A stretch of DNA of 64,000 bases, from the NCBI GenBank assembly GCA_963762145.1, contig CAVXJS010000010.1:266996-330995 (forward strand), given 5' to 3'. The notes beneath the pieces are model-generated. The model ran no database searches. It was given only the letters and a program-made list of their open reading frames with translations, and was not told the origin of the DNA. The first letter of the stretch is position 1. Each line of letters begins with the position of its first letter. Made by a program: the position numbers and the translations under genes. Of this stretch, positions 12,269 to 22,556 are shown one piece after another. This DNA comes from an uncultured Candidatus Rokubacteria bacterium (GTDB lineage Bacteria; Methylomirabilota; Methylomirabilia; Rokubacteriales; CSP1-6).

Positions 12269-13222
12269 TGGCCGCGGTGCCGCCCTCCACGCCGGCCCAG
12301 GACGCGCAGCTCGCCCCCCGCGACGTGGTCGCGCCGCTGGTGCGCCCGGCGCCCCTGGGCCGAGCGCGAGTGGGTGACGCCTGCTGCGGCGGCTGGTGCG
12401 GCGCCGCACCGCGCTGTTCGGCCTGCTCGTCGTGCTGGTGGTGATGCTGGCCGCGGTGGCCGCCCCGCTCGTCGCGCCGTTCGATCCCCTGGAGCAGGAC
12501 ATCGGCCAGCGCCTGCGGGAGCCGGGCTGGCAGGACGCGCAGGGGCGGGTGCATCCGCTCGGCACCGACCACCTCGGGCGCGACATCCTCTCGCGCATCA
12601 TCTTCGGCTCGCGCATCGCGCTGCTGGTGGGCCTGGCCGCGGTCGCTGATCTCGGGCGTGCTCGGGATGATCATCGGGCTCGTGGCCGGCTACTTCGGCG
12701 GGCGCATGGACGACTTCCTGATGCGCCTGGCCGACGTGCAGCTCGCCTTCCCGTTCATCCTGCTCGCGATCGCGGTCATCGGCGTGCTGGGGCCGAGCCT
12801 GCGCAACATCATCATCGTCATCGGGGTGTCGTCCTGGGTGGTCTACGCGCGGGTGGTGCGGGGCGAGGTGCTCTCGATCCGCGAGCGCGAGTACGTGCAC
12901 GCCGCGGTGGCGCTGGGCAGCCGCGCACTGGCGCGTGCTGGTCACCCACGTGCTGCCGAACACCTTCACGCCGTGGCTGGTGGTGGCCACCCTCGACATG
13001 GCGCGGGTGATCGTGATCGAGTCCGCGCTGTCGTTCCTGGGGCTGGGCGTGCAGCCGCCCACGCCCACCTGGGGCGGCATGCTCGCCGACGGCCGCGTCT
13101 ACCTCTCGACCGCGTGGTGGCTCGCGACGTTCCCGGGCCTCGCGATCCTCATCACCGTGCTCGGCATCAACCTCTTCGGCGACGGGCTGCGCGACACGCT
13201 CGACCCGCGCCTCAAGGTCTGA
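12268..13222 (+). CDS. Peptide/nickel ABC permease, DppC-like (frameshifted)
   Basis: HPLGTDHLGRD, ESALSFLGLG, NLFGDGLRDTLDPR. Confidence 0.92.
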
Positions 13223-13234
13223 CCTCGAGGGCCC

Positions 13235-14431
13235 ATGGACAGCTCTGACACGCTGGTGCTGAGCGGGGCGCGCATCATCGACGGGACGGGGGCCGAGCCG
13301 GTGCGCGGCCGGTCGGTGGTGGTGGAGAAGGGCGTGATCACCGCGGTGGTGGACGACGCGCGGGCGCCGCGCGGCCACGGCATCGACCTGGCCGGCCACA
13401 CGCTCCTGCCCGGCCTCATCAACTGCCACGTGCACCTCTGCCTCGGAGCGGAGGCCGATCCGGTCCGGCCGATCCGCGAGGAGCCGCTGGCCCTCACCGC
13501 CATCAAGGCGCTGCTGCGGGCGCGGGAGACGGCGCGCGCCGGGGTGACCACGGTGCGGGACCTCGGGGGCCGCGAGTACGTGGAGATCGCGGCGCGGCGG
13601 GCCATCCAGGAGGGCCTCATCGACGGGCCGCGCATCCTGGCCGCGGGCCGCCCGGTGTGCATGACCGGCGGGCACGGGCACTGGCTCGGCCGCGAGGCCG
13701 ACGGGCCCGACGACGCGCGCAAGGCGGTGCGCGAGCAGCTCAAGGCGGGCGCCGACGTGATCAAGATCATCGCCACCGGCGGGGTCATGACCCCGGGGGT
13801 GGAGCCCGGCTCCCCCCAGATGACGCTCGAGGAGATGCGCGCGGCCATCGAGGAGGCGCGCAAGGCCGGCCGCCGCACCGCGGCCCACGCGATGGCCGCG
13901 ACCGGGATCAGCGAGGCGATCGACGCGGGGATCACCTCGATCGAGCACGGGGTCGTTCCTCACCGAGGCGATCGTGGCCCACATGCGCCGCGACGGGACC
14001 TTCCTGGTCCCGACCCTGAACGCGCCCGCCGCCATCGCGTCGGGTGGCGTCGCGGCGGGGATTCCCGCGTTCATGGTGCGCAAGTCCGAGGAGGTCCTGT
14101 CCGCCGCACGTGGCGAGCTTCCAGCTCGCGCATCGCGCCGGCGTGCGGATCGCGGCGGGCGCCGACTCGGGCACGCCGCTCAACTTCCACGGCTCGCTGC
14201 TGCCCGAGCTCACGCTGATGGTGAAGTACGGCATGACGCCGCTCGAGGCGATCCGGTCCGCCACCGTCACCGCGGCCGAGTGCCTCGGGCTGGGCGAGGT
14301 GACCGGCCGCGTGGCCCCCGGCTACGCGGCGGATCTGATCGCGGTGGCGGGGGATCCCGGCCGAGCGGATCGAGGCCCTCGCGGATCTGAAGACCGTGCT
14401 CGTGAACGGCCGCGTCATCCCGACCGCGTAG
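13235..14431 (+). CDS. Metal-dependent amidohydrolase (Xaa-Pro dipeptidase-like)
   Basis: PGLINCHVH, GVTTVRDLG, IKIIATGG, SIEHG, AGADSG. Confidence 0.9.
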
Positions 14432-14443
14432 GCGACGCGGCGC

Positions 14444-15913
14444 TCAGCCGCCCGGCGCGGCGAGCAGCCCGAGGCGGTCCGCCGCCGCGAGGAGGGCCAG
14501 CGCGGCGAACCCCAGCCCGCCCCCGATCACCACGATCTCGCGCCAGAGCGGCGCCCGCAGCGCCTCCGGCAGCAGCGCGCGATTGAGGCGCAGGGTGTGG
14601 AAGGACAGCACCGCGAAGTTCAGCGCCGCGACGTTCGCGCCGATCACGATGACGGTGAGCGGGTCGCCCGCCGTCATCGCGATGCCCCCCGCAAGCACGA
14701 AGAGCGCGAGGACCGGGTAGTAGACCCAGCCCGCCCCCGCGCTCGCCGGTCGCACGCCGGCCGTCCACAGCATCTCGGTCACGTTGCGCGCGAAGCCCTC
14801 CACGATGCCGACCTGGGTCGAGAAGAAGATCCAGAGCGTGGTCAGGAGCGCGGGGACCCAGAGCAGGGGCCAGTAGCGCCGGGCGAGCTCGCGCGCGAAG
14901 ATCGCGCCCGCCCCGAAGCCGCCCGTGTCGGTGCCCGGCGGGATCGCGTCGAGGGCGAGCAGCACCGGCAGCCCCATGCCGATCAGGCAGCCGGCCGTCC
15001 ACAGGTACGAGAGGTCCGCCCGGAGGTAGCGCCACCACTCGCGCCACTTGGCGAGGTTCGCCTCGCTGGGCGGGAAGATCGCTCCCTCGCGCGGCAGCAG
15101 GATCGTCCGATCCCCCACCGGGGTCGGCTGCGCCCCCACGGTGCCCGCCATGCCGAAGCCCTTGTCGCGCAGCCAGTAGGTGAGCATGGCGTTGATCGTG
15201 CCGCCCGCGCCGGAATAGGCCGCGAAGGCGGTGACGAGCGCCCAGTCGGGCGTGGCGGGAGGGAAGCTCGAGGGGATCCAGCCCGGCTCCCACAGCGGCC
15301 GGCCCGCGAAGCTCCACGCGAGCACGGTCCAGGCCCGCCCGGGCACGAACCGGACGGCCAGCCCGACGAGGAGGCCGAGCATCCACGCCATCATGATCCA
15401 CTCGGTGATCTCGAGCGCCCGATGGGCGCGCCGCCCGAGGAGCAGGAAGCCGACCGCGCCGAGGAAGATCAGGTAGCCGAGGCCGACCACCACCTCGCGG
15501 TCCTCCGCGCGCGGCACGCGGCCGAGCAGGAGCGCGGCCAGCGCGGAGCCTCCCGCGAGCGCCCAGCCCGGCCAGCCCACCTGGGCCAGGTGCAGCAGCG
15601 AGTAGCCGGTGGCCCAGAATCGCGCCCCCGGCCGCTGGCGCATGAAGCCCGTGAAGACGGGCTCCCCGGTGGCGAGGGTGTAGCGGGCCATCTCCGCGTT
15701 GAGCACGCCCTGGAAGAGGATCGACAGCGTGCAGATCCAGAGCAGGGTGGGGCCGTAGGCGGTCGCGACGGCGGGGCCGAGCAGCCAGTCGCCCGCACCC
15801 AGCGAGACCCCGAGCAGGATCGCGCCCGGCCCGATGACCCGGACCAGATTGACGAGCGTGTAGGCGGGCGCGTGCGGGAGGTCGCCCTGCCGCCACGCGG
15901 GCAGATCGCTCAC
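14444..15913 (-). CDS. Nramp/APC-superfamily membrane transporter
   Basis: IGPGAILLGVSLGAGDWLLGP, ARYTLATGE; multiple TM helices. Confidence 0.75.
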   Translation of the reverse strand: MSDLPAWRQGDLPHAPAYTLVNLVRVIGPGAILLGVSLGAGDWLLGPAVATAYGPTLLWICTLSILFQGVLNAEMARYTLATGEPVFTGFMRQRPGARFWATGYSLLHLAQVGWPGWALAGGSALAALLLGRVPRAEDREVVVGLGYLIFLGAVGFLLLGRRAHRALEITEWIMMAWMLGLLVGLAVRFVPGRAWTVLAWSFAGRPLWEPGWIPSSFPPATPDWALVTAFAAYSGAGGTINAMLTYWLRDKGFGMAGTVGAQPTPVGDRTILLPREGAIFPPSEANLAKWREWWRYLRADLSYLWTAGCLIGMGLPVLLALDAIPPGTDTGGFGAGAIFARELARRYWPLLWVPALLTTLWIFFSTQVGIVEGFARNVTEMLWTAGVRPASAGAGWVYYPVLALFVLAGGIAMTAGDPLTVIVIGANVAALNFAVLSFHTLRLNRALLPEALRAPLWREIVVIGGGLGFAALALLAAADRLGLLAAPGG

Positions 15914-16488
15914 GCGCGGACGCGCCTCCGCCGCCAGATCCAGAGGGCGAGCCACGCGGCGGGAACGCTCAGCCAGAGCCAGCCCGCCGGCGCGGCGGCG
16001 GCCACGTCGATCGCGAGCATCACGGTGCCGCCGGCGGCGGCGGCCCAGAGGAGGAGCCGCGCGAGCCCGTCGGCGGCGCGGCGCGGGCCCAGCGTGGCCA
16101 CCAGGAGAGCGCCGGCGGCCGCGCTGCCGTCGAGCAGCACGTCCACGAGGCGGCCCTCACGGGTGGGAGTCAGCGCCTGGCGTATCTCGTCGAGGCCGGC
16201 GGTCAACATCGCGAGGGCGAGCGGCCATCGCCAGGGCGCGGGCCCGCCGGGGCCGGCCAGGGCGCGGCGCCAGAGCAGGGCGAGCACCGCGTACTCGACG
16301 ACGTGACCGGTCTTCCGCAGGAGCCAGTGGGCTCCCGCGATCTGCTCGAGGGTCGCCCAGGGCATCAGCGCGCGCAGCCAGGGCTCGATGAGCGGCGCCG
16401 TGGCGCCCCCGTGATAGCGGGCGCCCGAGAACCACGCGATCACCACCGACCACGCGAGCGGCGGCAGGAATCGGAGCGCCGTCGTCAC
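15910..16488 (-). CDS. VanZ family membrane protein
   Basis: RKTGHVVEYAVL, DEIRQ...REG...DV. Confidence 0.85.
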   Translation of the reverse strand: MTTALRFLPPLAWSVVIAWFSGARYHGGATAPLIEPWLRALMPWATLEQIAGAHWLLRKTGHVVEYAVLALLWRRALAGPGGPAPWRWPLALAMLTAGLDEIRQALTPTREGRLVDVLLDGSAAAGALLVATLGPRRAADGLARLLLWAAAAGGTVMLAIDVAAAAPAGWLWLSVPAAWLALWIWRRRRVRA

Positions 16489-16535
16489 GACGATCTAGCG
16501 TGGCACAGGGGGCCCGGGATTGACAACGGGCCGGC

Positions 16536-17597
16536 TCAGAAGAACGCCCGCTCCACGAAGAGGACCGCGCCGACGACGAGAATCGCCAGCGAGGCGCTCC
16601 GGATCAGGCGGGGCTCCCATCCGGTTCTCCGGAGCAGCGCCAGCAGGGGAAGGGCCACCGCCAGGACCAGCGCCTGTCCGAGCTCGACCCCGGCGTTGAA
16701 CCCGACGAGCGACAGCACGAGGCCCCGCGTGGGCAGACCGATCTCACGGAGGACGGACGAGAACCCGAAGCCGTGCACCAGCCCGAAGACGAAGCTGACG
16801 AGCCACCGGCGGGAGAGCACCGGATGCGGGAAGAGGTTCTCGGCCGCCACCACCGCGATCGAGAGGGCGATGACCGCTTCCACGAGGCGGTCCGGCAGCG
16901 CCACGATGTCGAGCGCGGCGAGCGTGAGGGTGAGGCTGTGGGCCAGGGTGAAGGCGGTGATGATCTTGACGAGCGAGAGCCAGCCCCCGCCGCGCAGCAT
17001 GAGCGCCAGGAGGAAGAGCAGGTGGTCCCAGCCGGTCAGGATGTGCTCGACCCCGAGCACCACGAAGCTGGCGGCGCCGGGGCGCCGCTCGTCGAGGCTC
17101 ACCCGGGCCTCGCGCGCCTCGGTGCCGAACGCGAACTGGCTGGTCACGCCGGCCGCGTCGATGCGGGCCAGCGTGTGGTAATCGGCGCCCAGCGCGTCCG
17201 GAAGATCGTCCCGGATCTGGAGGTCGCGCACCACGAGGCCGCACGCGTAGTCCACCACCAGGATCAGGCTCTCGGCGGGCGGCGCCGGATCGGCCAGCGA
17301 CCCCGGGCCGGGTTCGCATCGTCGTCCCTGCGCGACGAGCGCCACCTTGTCGCGGACCACGCCGAGGAGCCGGCTGCGCTCCGGGCCGGGCGCGGCGCGC
17401 GCGAGCCCCCACGTCTCGATCATCTCGGGGGGCACGCTCGCCGGCCACAGGGTCAGCGAGTAACGGACGCGCTCGCCGTCGATCGCGATCGCGGCGTAGC
17501 CGTTGCGCCCGCCGGTGTGGGCCGAGACGCTCGCGGCGGCCGCCGCGAGGACCGCGAGGACCGCGAGGCCCGCCAGGGCCGTCCACGCGGCCCTCAT
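16536..17597 (-). CDS. HupE/UreJ-like membrane protein with extracytoplasmic N-terminal domain
   Basis: GVEHILTGWDHLLF, FTLAHSLTL, FGLVHGFGF, FNAGVELGQ. Confidence 0.9.
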   Translation of the reverse strand: MRAAWTALAGLAVLAVLAAAAASVSAHTGGRNGYAAIAIDGERVRYSLTLWPASVPPEMIETWGLARAAPGPERSRLLGVVRDKVALVAQGRRCEPGPGSLADPAPPAESLILVVDYACGLVVRDLQIRDDLPDALGADYHTLARIDAAGVTSQFAFGTEAREARVSLDERRPGAASFVVLGVEHILTGWDHLLFLLALMLRGGGWLSLVKIITAFTLAHSLTLTLAALDIVALPDRLVEAVIALSIAVVAAENLFPHPVLSRRWLVSFVFGLVHGFGFSSVLREIGLPTRGLVLSLVGFNAGVELGQALVLAVALPLLALLRRTGWEPRLIRSASLAILVVGAVLFVERAFF

Positions 17598-18209
17598 CAG
17601 CGCGGCGGCCCGGTCGCCCGCGACGGCTCCGGCGCCGCGGCCATCGTCCGGATCAGCTCCCGTAGATTGTCGATCTGATACGCGGGGATCGTCACCACCA
17701 CCGGATGCCCCACCGCGCGTCACGTAGCGGCTGACCGTGTCGGGAGCCACGTGGCCCACCGCGTACTGCACGAGCGGCTGCGCCTGCCCCGGCCGGTACA
17801 CGAGGATGACGAGCTCCGGCGAGGCGACCCCGTAAACGGCGCCGTCCTTGCCCAGCGGGAAGTCCCGCTCGGCGCGCGCCCGGTCGAGCGCGGCGAGGGC
17901 CCGCGCGATCCGCTCCGCGCGCGCCGGATCGGGATCGTGGGTGTGGGCGCTCTCGGCGGCGTCGTGGGCGCCGTGATAGAACCACGCGCCCGCTGCGTCG
18001 CGCTCGAACCGGTGGACCCGCCCGGCGTCGGCGATCTCGATCGCCCCGACCTCGCTCAGCGGGACGGGCAGCAGGCGGCGGGGGTCGGCGGGACCGGCTC
18101 CTCCCGACGTCGCGCGGAGATGGTCCGCCCATTCCAGCGCCCCGATTCCCACCGTCAGGGCCCCCAGTAGCAGCCAGACGACGGTGAGCCCGCGGCGCCG
18201 CGGGCTCAA
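17597..18209 (-). CDS. DUF4340-like membrane-anchored protein with a His-rich loop (frameshift joins it to the next ORF in the track)
   Basis: N-terminal TM, WFYHGAHDAAESAHTHDPD; lies after the GldG-like gene. Confidence 0.55.
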
Positions 18210-19795
18210 TGCTGCTTCCACCACACCGCGGTGCCGACCATCGCGAGCAGGGCGGGCACGAGCAGCACCGCGACGAAGAACGTGGCCTTCATCTGTCGGT
18301 TGGTGAGGTTGATGCGCGGCAGGTCCGCGCTCCGGGGCTGCAGGCCGATCAGGTTTTCCTGCGCGCCCAGGAAGTTGACCGCGTTCAGGAACAGCGCGCC
18401 GTTGCCCATGATGTGGAAGAAGGAGTTGGTGGCGAAGTCCGAGTCGCCCACCACCGCGATCCGGGAGCGCGGGCCCTCGGGCGCGGGCCCATCGCCGGTG
18501 GCGACCGGCCGGCGCAGCGCGACCGCCATCAGCGTGTTCGGGCCCGGCACGTCGCGGCCCTTGACGAAGCCCACGCGATCCGGGCTGGCTTGCCCCCAGC
18601 TGTTCTTCGACGAGTTCAGTAGCGGGACCACCGAGGTGCCGGGGACGCGCTGCGGGGTGGGGGAGACCGAGCGCGCGCCCGGGAAGAAGGTGAGCGGCAG
18701 GTCGCGGGTGATCTGGTGCCGGTTGTAGTCGCTGACCGCCGGGGAGGAAACGTCGGCCCAGAAGTGGCTCGCCTCGTCGATGACGATGTCGTCGTCAACC
18801 ACGATGCCGTATTCGCGGATCACCGGCTCGAGACCGGTGGAGACGAACGGGTCGAGCAGGAAGAGGGCGTTGCCACCCGCGACGAGGTAGGCCCGGATCG
18901 CCTCCACCTCCGCCGGAAGCAGCGGCACCTTGGGCCCCGCCACCACCAGCACCCCGCACCCGGCCAGCCCGTTCGCCTGCTGCAACAGCGAGACCTTCTC
19001 CGCCTTGTAGTTCAGGGTCTCCAGCGCGTGGCGCGCCTTGCCGAGGCCGTGACGCTCGTGCAGCACGTACTTGGCGCCCAGCCCGTGCGAGTGGCCGGGC
19101 GCGCCCTCGAGATGGTCGTGGGCCTCGAGACTGAAGGGATCCGCCTCCCGGTGGCCGTCGAGGAAGCACACCCGCTGGGTCGCGCTCTGGGACACGCGCA
19201 GGATCCCGTTGGCGATGTCGGTCTCGCTGCCGCCGTTGACCTGGAGCGTGCGCCCCTCGCTCTCCATGACCGCGGTGCCCGCGAAGTTGACGCCGAGCAT
19301 GCGCGCCTGGGCCGGGTTGATCATCGGATCGTAGAACTCGACCGCGATCCGCGGACTCTGCGCGGCGATCAGCTGATAGAGCTCGACGGTGTCGCGCATC
19401 ATCGGATCGTGGAAGAACACGATGCGCACCGGCCGATCGAGCCGCTTGAGCATGGTGGCGGTGGGTTCGGAGAGCGAGTACGCCCCGGTGGTGGAGAGGT
19501 CGAACCGGAACGGATAGCGTACCGAAAGATAGGCGATCGCGACCAGGATACCGACGATCCCCAGCGCGAAGAGCGCGATCTCGGCCCGTCGGCGATGGGC
19601 GAGGGCGGCGAGCCGGTGCCTCAGCCCGAACGCGCCGATCGCCGCGAGCAGGGCCCCGGCGCCCGCGAGGACCCACGTGGCGGTGACGGTCTCGAGGAGG
19701 ATCGCGTGCACCACGAGGGCGGCCGCGAGCAGCGCGATCCCCGCGAGGAGGATCAGCCCCGAGCGGATCGAGCGGTCCCGCCCTAGCGTCGCCAC
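18206..19795 (-). CDS. GldG-like ABC transporter auxiliary component with His-rich insert
   Basis: RFDLS..YSLSEPT, FLDGHRE, VVGDSDF, NGALFLNAVNFL; HDHLEGAPGHSHG insert. Confidence 0.85.
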   Translation of the reverse strand: MATLGRDRSIRSGLILLAGIALLAAALVVHAILLETVTATWVLAGAGALLAAIGAFGLRHRLAALAHRRRAEIALFALGIVGILVAIAYLSVRYPFRFDLSTTGAYSLSEPTATMLKRLDRPVRIVFFHDPMMRDTVELYQLIAAQSPRIAVEFYDPMINPAQARMLGVNFAGTAVMESEGRTLQVNGGSETDIANGILRVSQSATQRVCFLDGHREADPFSLEAHDHLEGAPGHSHGLGAKYVLHERHGLGKARHALETLNYKAEKVSLLQQANGLAGCGVLVVAGPKVPLLPAEVEAIRAYLVAGGNALFLLDPFVSTGLEPVIREYGIVVDDDIVIDEASHFWADVSSPAVSDYNRHQITRDLPLTFFPGARSVSPTPQRVPGTSVVPLLNSSKNSWGQASPDRVGFVKGRDVPGPNTLMAVALRRPVATGDGPAPEGPRSRIAVVGDSDFATNSFFHIMGNGALFLNAVNFLGAQENLIGLQPRSADLPRINLTNRQMKATFFVAVLLVPALLAMVGTAVWWKQH

Positions 19796-20490
19796 TGGAG
19801 ATACGCCACGCTGAGAGTCAGCGCGATCGCGGAGACGATCATGTAGAACACCACCGCCTCGGTGCGCACGAGGCCCTGGATGAACTCGGTGAAGTGGCGG
19901 GAGAACGACAGGTAACCGACGAGCGCGCGCATGCCCGGCGAGGCCTGAAAGGACTGGAGGTGTCCCACGAACCAGAAGGCGAGGAGCACCGCGGCGGAGA
20001 GCAGGGCGGCCACGATCTGGTTGTGGGTCACGGTCGAGAAGAGCTGGCCGACGGCGAGGCACGCCAGGCCGAGCAGCACGAACCCGAGGTAGCCGGACAG
20101 GATCGTGGTGGTCTCGGGCGTGCCGAAGAGGTAGAGCGGGATCAGGTCGACCGTGGTGCCCGCGGTGATCAGCAGGAGGATGGTGGCCGCGCCCAGGAAC
20201 TTCCCGACGACGATCTGCCACGGGGAGAGCGGCAGCGTGAAGAGCAGCTCCGCGGTGCCCGCGTTGTACTCGGCGGCGAGCAGCCGCATCGAGATCACCG
20301 GGGCCAGGGTCGTCAGGAGGATGCCCATGTTCTGGAACGTCCCCGCCATCGCGGTCTCGCCGCTCAGGAAGATGTTGTAGAGGAAGAAGTAGCCGCTGCC
20401 GAGCAGGAATACCGCGACCACGTAGTAGGCGATCGGCGACCGGAAGTAGGTCGCCATCTCCTTGCGGTAGACCGCCAGGGTTCCGCTCAC
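19783..20490 (-). CDS. ABC-2 permease, GldF-like
   Basis: KEMATYFRSPIAY, GTAELLFTLP, IVVGKFLG, NQIVAA. Confidence 0.88.
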   Translation of the reverse strand: MSGTLAVYRKEMATYFRSPIAYYVVAVFLLGSGYFFLYNIFLSGETAMAGTFQNMGILLTTLAPVISMRLLAAEYNAGTAELLFTLPLSPWQIVVGKFLGAATILLLITAGTTVDLIPLYLFGTPETTTILSGYLGFVLLGLACLAVGQLFSTVTHNQIVAALLSAAVLLAFWFVGHLQSFQASPGMRALVGYLSFSRHFTEFIQGLVRTEAVVFYMIVSAIALTLSVAYLQWRR

Positions 20491-21461
20491 GCCGCCTCCC
20501 CGCTCGCGGGCGAGTCCTGGACGTACCGCAGGAAGATGTTCTCGAGGGTGGGCTGGCTCCGCTCGAGGCGATGCAGATCGAAGTGGCCGGCGACCGCGCG
20601 GGCGATCGCCGCCTCCACGCCATCGCGGGCGTCCACCTGGCAGTCGACGGTGAGCACGCCGGGCTCGGCCGCCTCCGCGCGCAGGTCGACCGCCCGGACC
20701 CCGTCCACCGCCAGTAGCGCGTCTCGCAGGGCGGGCGCAGCCCCGGTGACCCGCAGCGAGACCCGGTTGGTCTGCTCCATCGCGCGCTGGAGGCCGGATG
20801 GGGAGTCGATGGCGAGCAGCCGGCCGTGGTTGATGATGGCCACCCGGCGGCAGATCAGGGTGGCCTCCGCGAGGATGTGGGTGCTGAGCAGGACCGCGTG
20901 CTCGGCTCCGAAGGCCCGGATCACCTCGCGCGTCTCCTGGATCTGGCCGGGATCGAGACCGGCGGTGGGCTCGTCGAGCAGTAGCACCTCGGGCGATCCC
21001 AGGAGGGCCTGCGCCAGGCCCAGCCGCTGCCGGTAGCCCTTGGAGAGCTTGTAGATCTCGTGATGGAGCACCGCCTCCAGACGGCACGCGACGGTGACCC
21101 GCTCGAGCTCCGCGGGGATCGCGGTCCGGGCCACGCCCTTGGCCCGGGCCACGAACCGGAGATACGCGGAAACGCCGAGCGCGTCGTAGAGCGGCGGGCG
21201 CTCCGGAAGATAGCCGATGCGCCGGGCCGCCTCGACGTTCTGGGTCGCCATGTCGTACCCGGCCACCGTCACCCGTCCCGAGGTGGCCGCGGTGAAGCCG
21301 GCGATCATGCGCATGGTGGTGGTCTTGCCCGCCCCGTTGGGTCCGAGGAAGCCGACGATCTCCCCCCGGCCGACCGTGAAGGAGAGGTCGTGAATGATCG
21401 AGGCGGAGCCGTAGCGCTTCGACACCGATTCGAGGGTGATGACCGGGGCGGATGTACGCAT
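20487..21461 (-). CDS. ABC ATP-binding protein, GldA-like
   Basis: GPNGAGKTT, LSKGYRQR, LLDEPTAGLD. Confidence 0.93.
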   Translation of the reverse strand: MRTSAPVITLESVSKRYGSASIIHDLSFTVGRGEIVGFLGPNGAGKTTTMRMIAGFTAATSGRVTVAGYDMATQNVEAARRIGYLPERPPLYDALGVSAYLRFVARAKGVARTAIPAELERVTVACRLEAVLHHEIYKLSKGYRQRLGLAQALLGSPEVLLLDEPTAGLDPGQIQETREVIRAFGAEHAVLLSTHILAEATLICRRVAIINHGRLLAIDSPSGLQRAMEQTNRVSLRVTGAAPALRDALLAVDGVRAVDLRAEAAEPGVLTVDCQVDARDGVEAAIARAVAGHFDLHRLERSQPTLENIFLRYVQDSPASGEAA

Positions 21462-21464
21462 GGC

Positions 21465-21500
21465 AGAAACAAGAAAGCCCCCCGCGCCGGGGGGCTTTCT
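21465..21500 (-). terminator. Intrinsic terminator after the lactonase gene
   Basis: AGAAAGCCCCC/GGGGGCTTTCT inverted repeat followed by a T-rich run on the minus strand. Confidence 0.65.
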
Positions 21501-21522
21501 CAGGCCTTCGCTCGTGGAGCGG

Positions 21523-22386
21523 CTACTTATACCACTTGTTGCCGCCGGCCTTCCACTGATCCTGATCGTGGCCGAAGTAGATGTCCGCGTTCTCGAGATC
21601 GCGGATCATCTTCAGGCGGTTCACCGAGTTGTTGTAGTCCTTGACGCTGTAGTTGAGCCCGGCCGGATGACCTTCCATGTTCTCCTTCATCCAGATGGCG
21701 TCCTGGGCCAGGACCATCGTCTTGCCGCCCGCGAGCTTGATCCGCACCGACTGGTGGCCGAGGGTGTGGCCCGGGGTGCTGAGGATCGTGACCGAGCCGT
21801 CGCCGAACAGGTCGTAGTCGCCGTCGAGCTCCAGGTAGTTGAACTCGCGGGCCGGCCCATCGAAGTCCGCCATCACGAAGGCCCCGCCGTCCCGCTGGAA
21901 CTTCTCCGGCCACCACGCCTGATACAGCTCCTTCTTCTGGAGGACGTGGACCGCCTTCGGGAACATCTTGATGTTCCCGATGTGGTCCAGGTGGGAGTGC
22001 GAGGTGATCACCGCCTTGACCTGGTCGGTCGAATACCCGAGCTTCTTGAGCTGCGAATCGATGGTGTCTTCACGCTTCTGGCTGGGCTTGAGGAAGTCGC
22101 AGTTGCCCGCCGCCCAGTGGCTCTTGCACTTGCCGTCGATGATCGCGTTGTTGTTGCCGGTGTCGAAGACGACCAGGCCCTTCGGATGGTCGATGACCCA
22201 CATGCTGACCGGGATCGTGATGTCGCGCGCCTGCTCCTTGGGGATGCTGGGGATCAGCCCCTGGATGTTGAACGGGCCGAAGAGCCCGCTGCTCGCCCAG
22301 TAGACGCCCTTGACCTGCGCGTCGGCGGCGAGCGGGAGCACGAACGAGCAGCTGAGCAGCACCGCGAGGATTCCGAACTTCTTCAT
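21523..22386 (-). CDS. Secreted metallo-beta-lactamase-fold N-acyl homoserine lactonase-like protein
   Basis: Signal peptide MKKFGILAVLL..ADA; DTG, SHSHLDHIG, TPGHTLGH, GHD. Confidence 0.85.
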   Translation of the reverse strand: MKKFGILAVLLSCSFVLPLAADAQVKGVYWASSGLFGPFNIQGLIPSIPKEQARDITIPVSMWVIDHPKGLVVFDTGNNNAIIDGKCKSHWAAGNCDFLKPSQKREDTIDSQLKKLGYSTDQVKAVITSHSHLDHIGNIKMFPKAVHVLQKKELYQAWWPEKFQRDGGAFVMADFDGPAREFNYLELDGDYDLFGDGSVTILSTPGHTLGHQSVRIKLAGGKTMVLAQDAIWMKENMEGHPAGLNYSVKDYNNSVNRLKMIRDLENADIYFGHDQDQWKAGGNKWYK

Positions 22387-22556
22387 GGCGGGATCTCCCT
22401 TGACCCTTCTCCGATCAGAGCACCGCACGACTGCTGACCCGGCGCGACCATAGCGCGAGGGTTCGCCGGATGTCAAGGTGGCGCGCAGCAGGAGCCCCGG
22501 GGGGTCCTTCCCTGCAAAGTTGACAACTTGCACCCACTAAACATAGGCTGAGCCCC

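Noticed and set aside
4764-14431. Mass pseudogenisation or programmed frameshifting
   Set aside because: Indels hit essential genes such as prs and ispE at random, which fits sequencing error
16536-18224. 562-aa DUF4340-HupE fusion
   Set aside because: A frameshift near 17690 creates it; a TGATG stop/start overlap at 17595-17599 marks two genes
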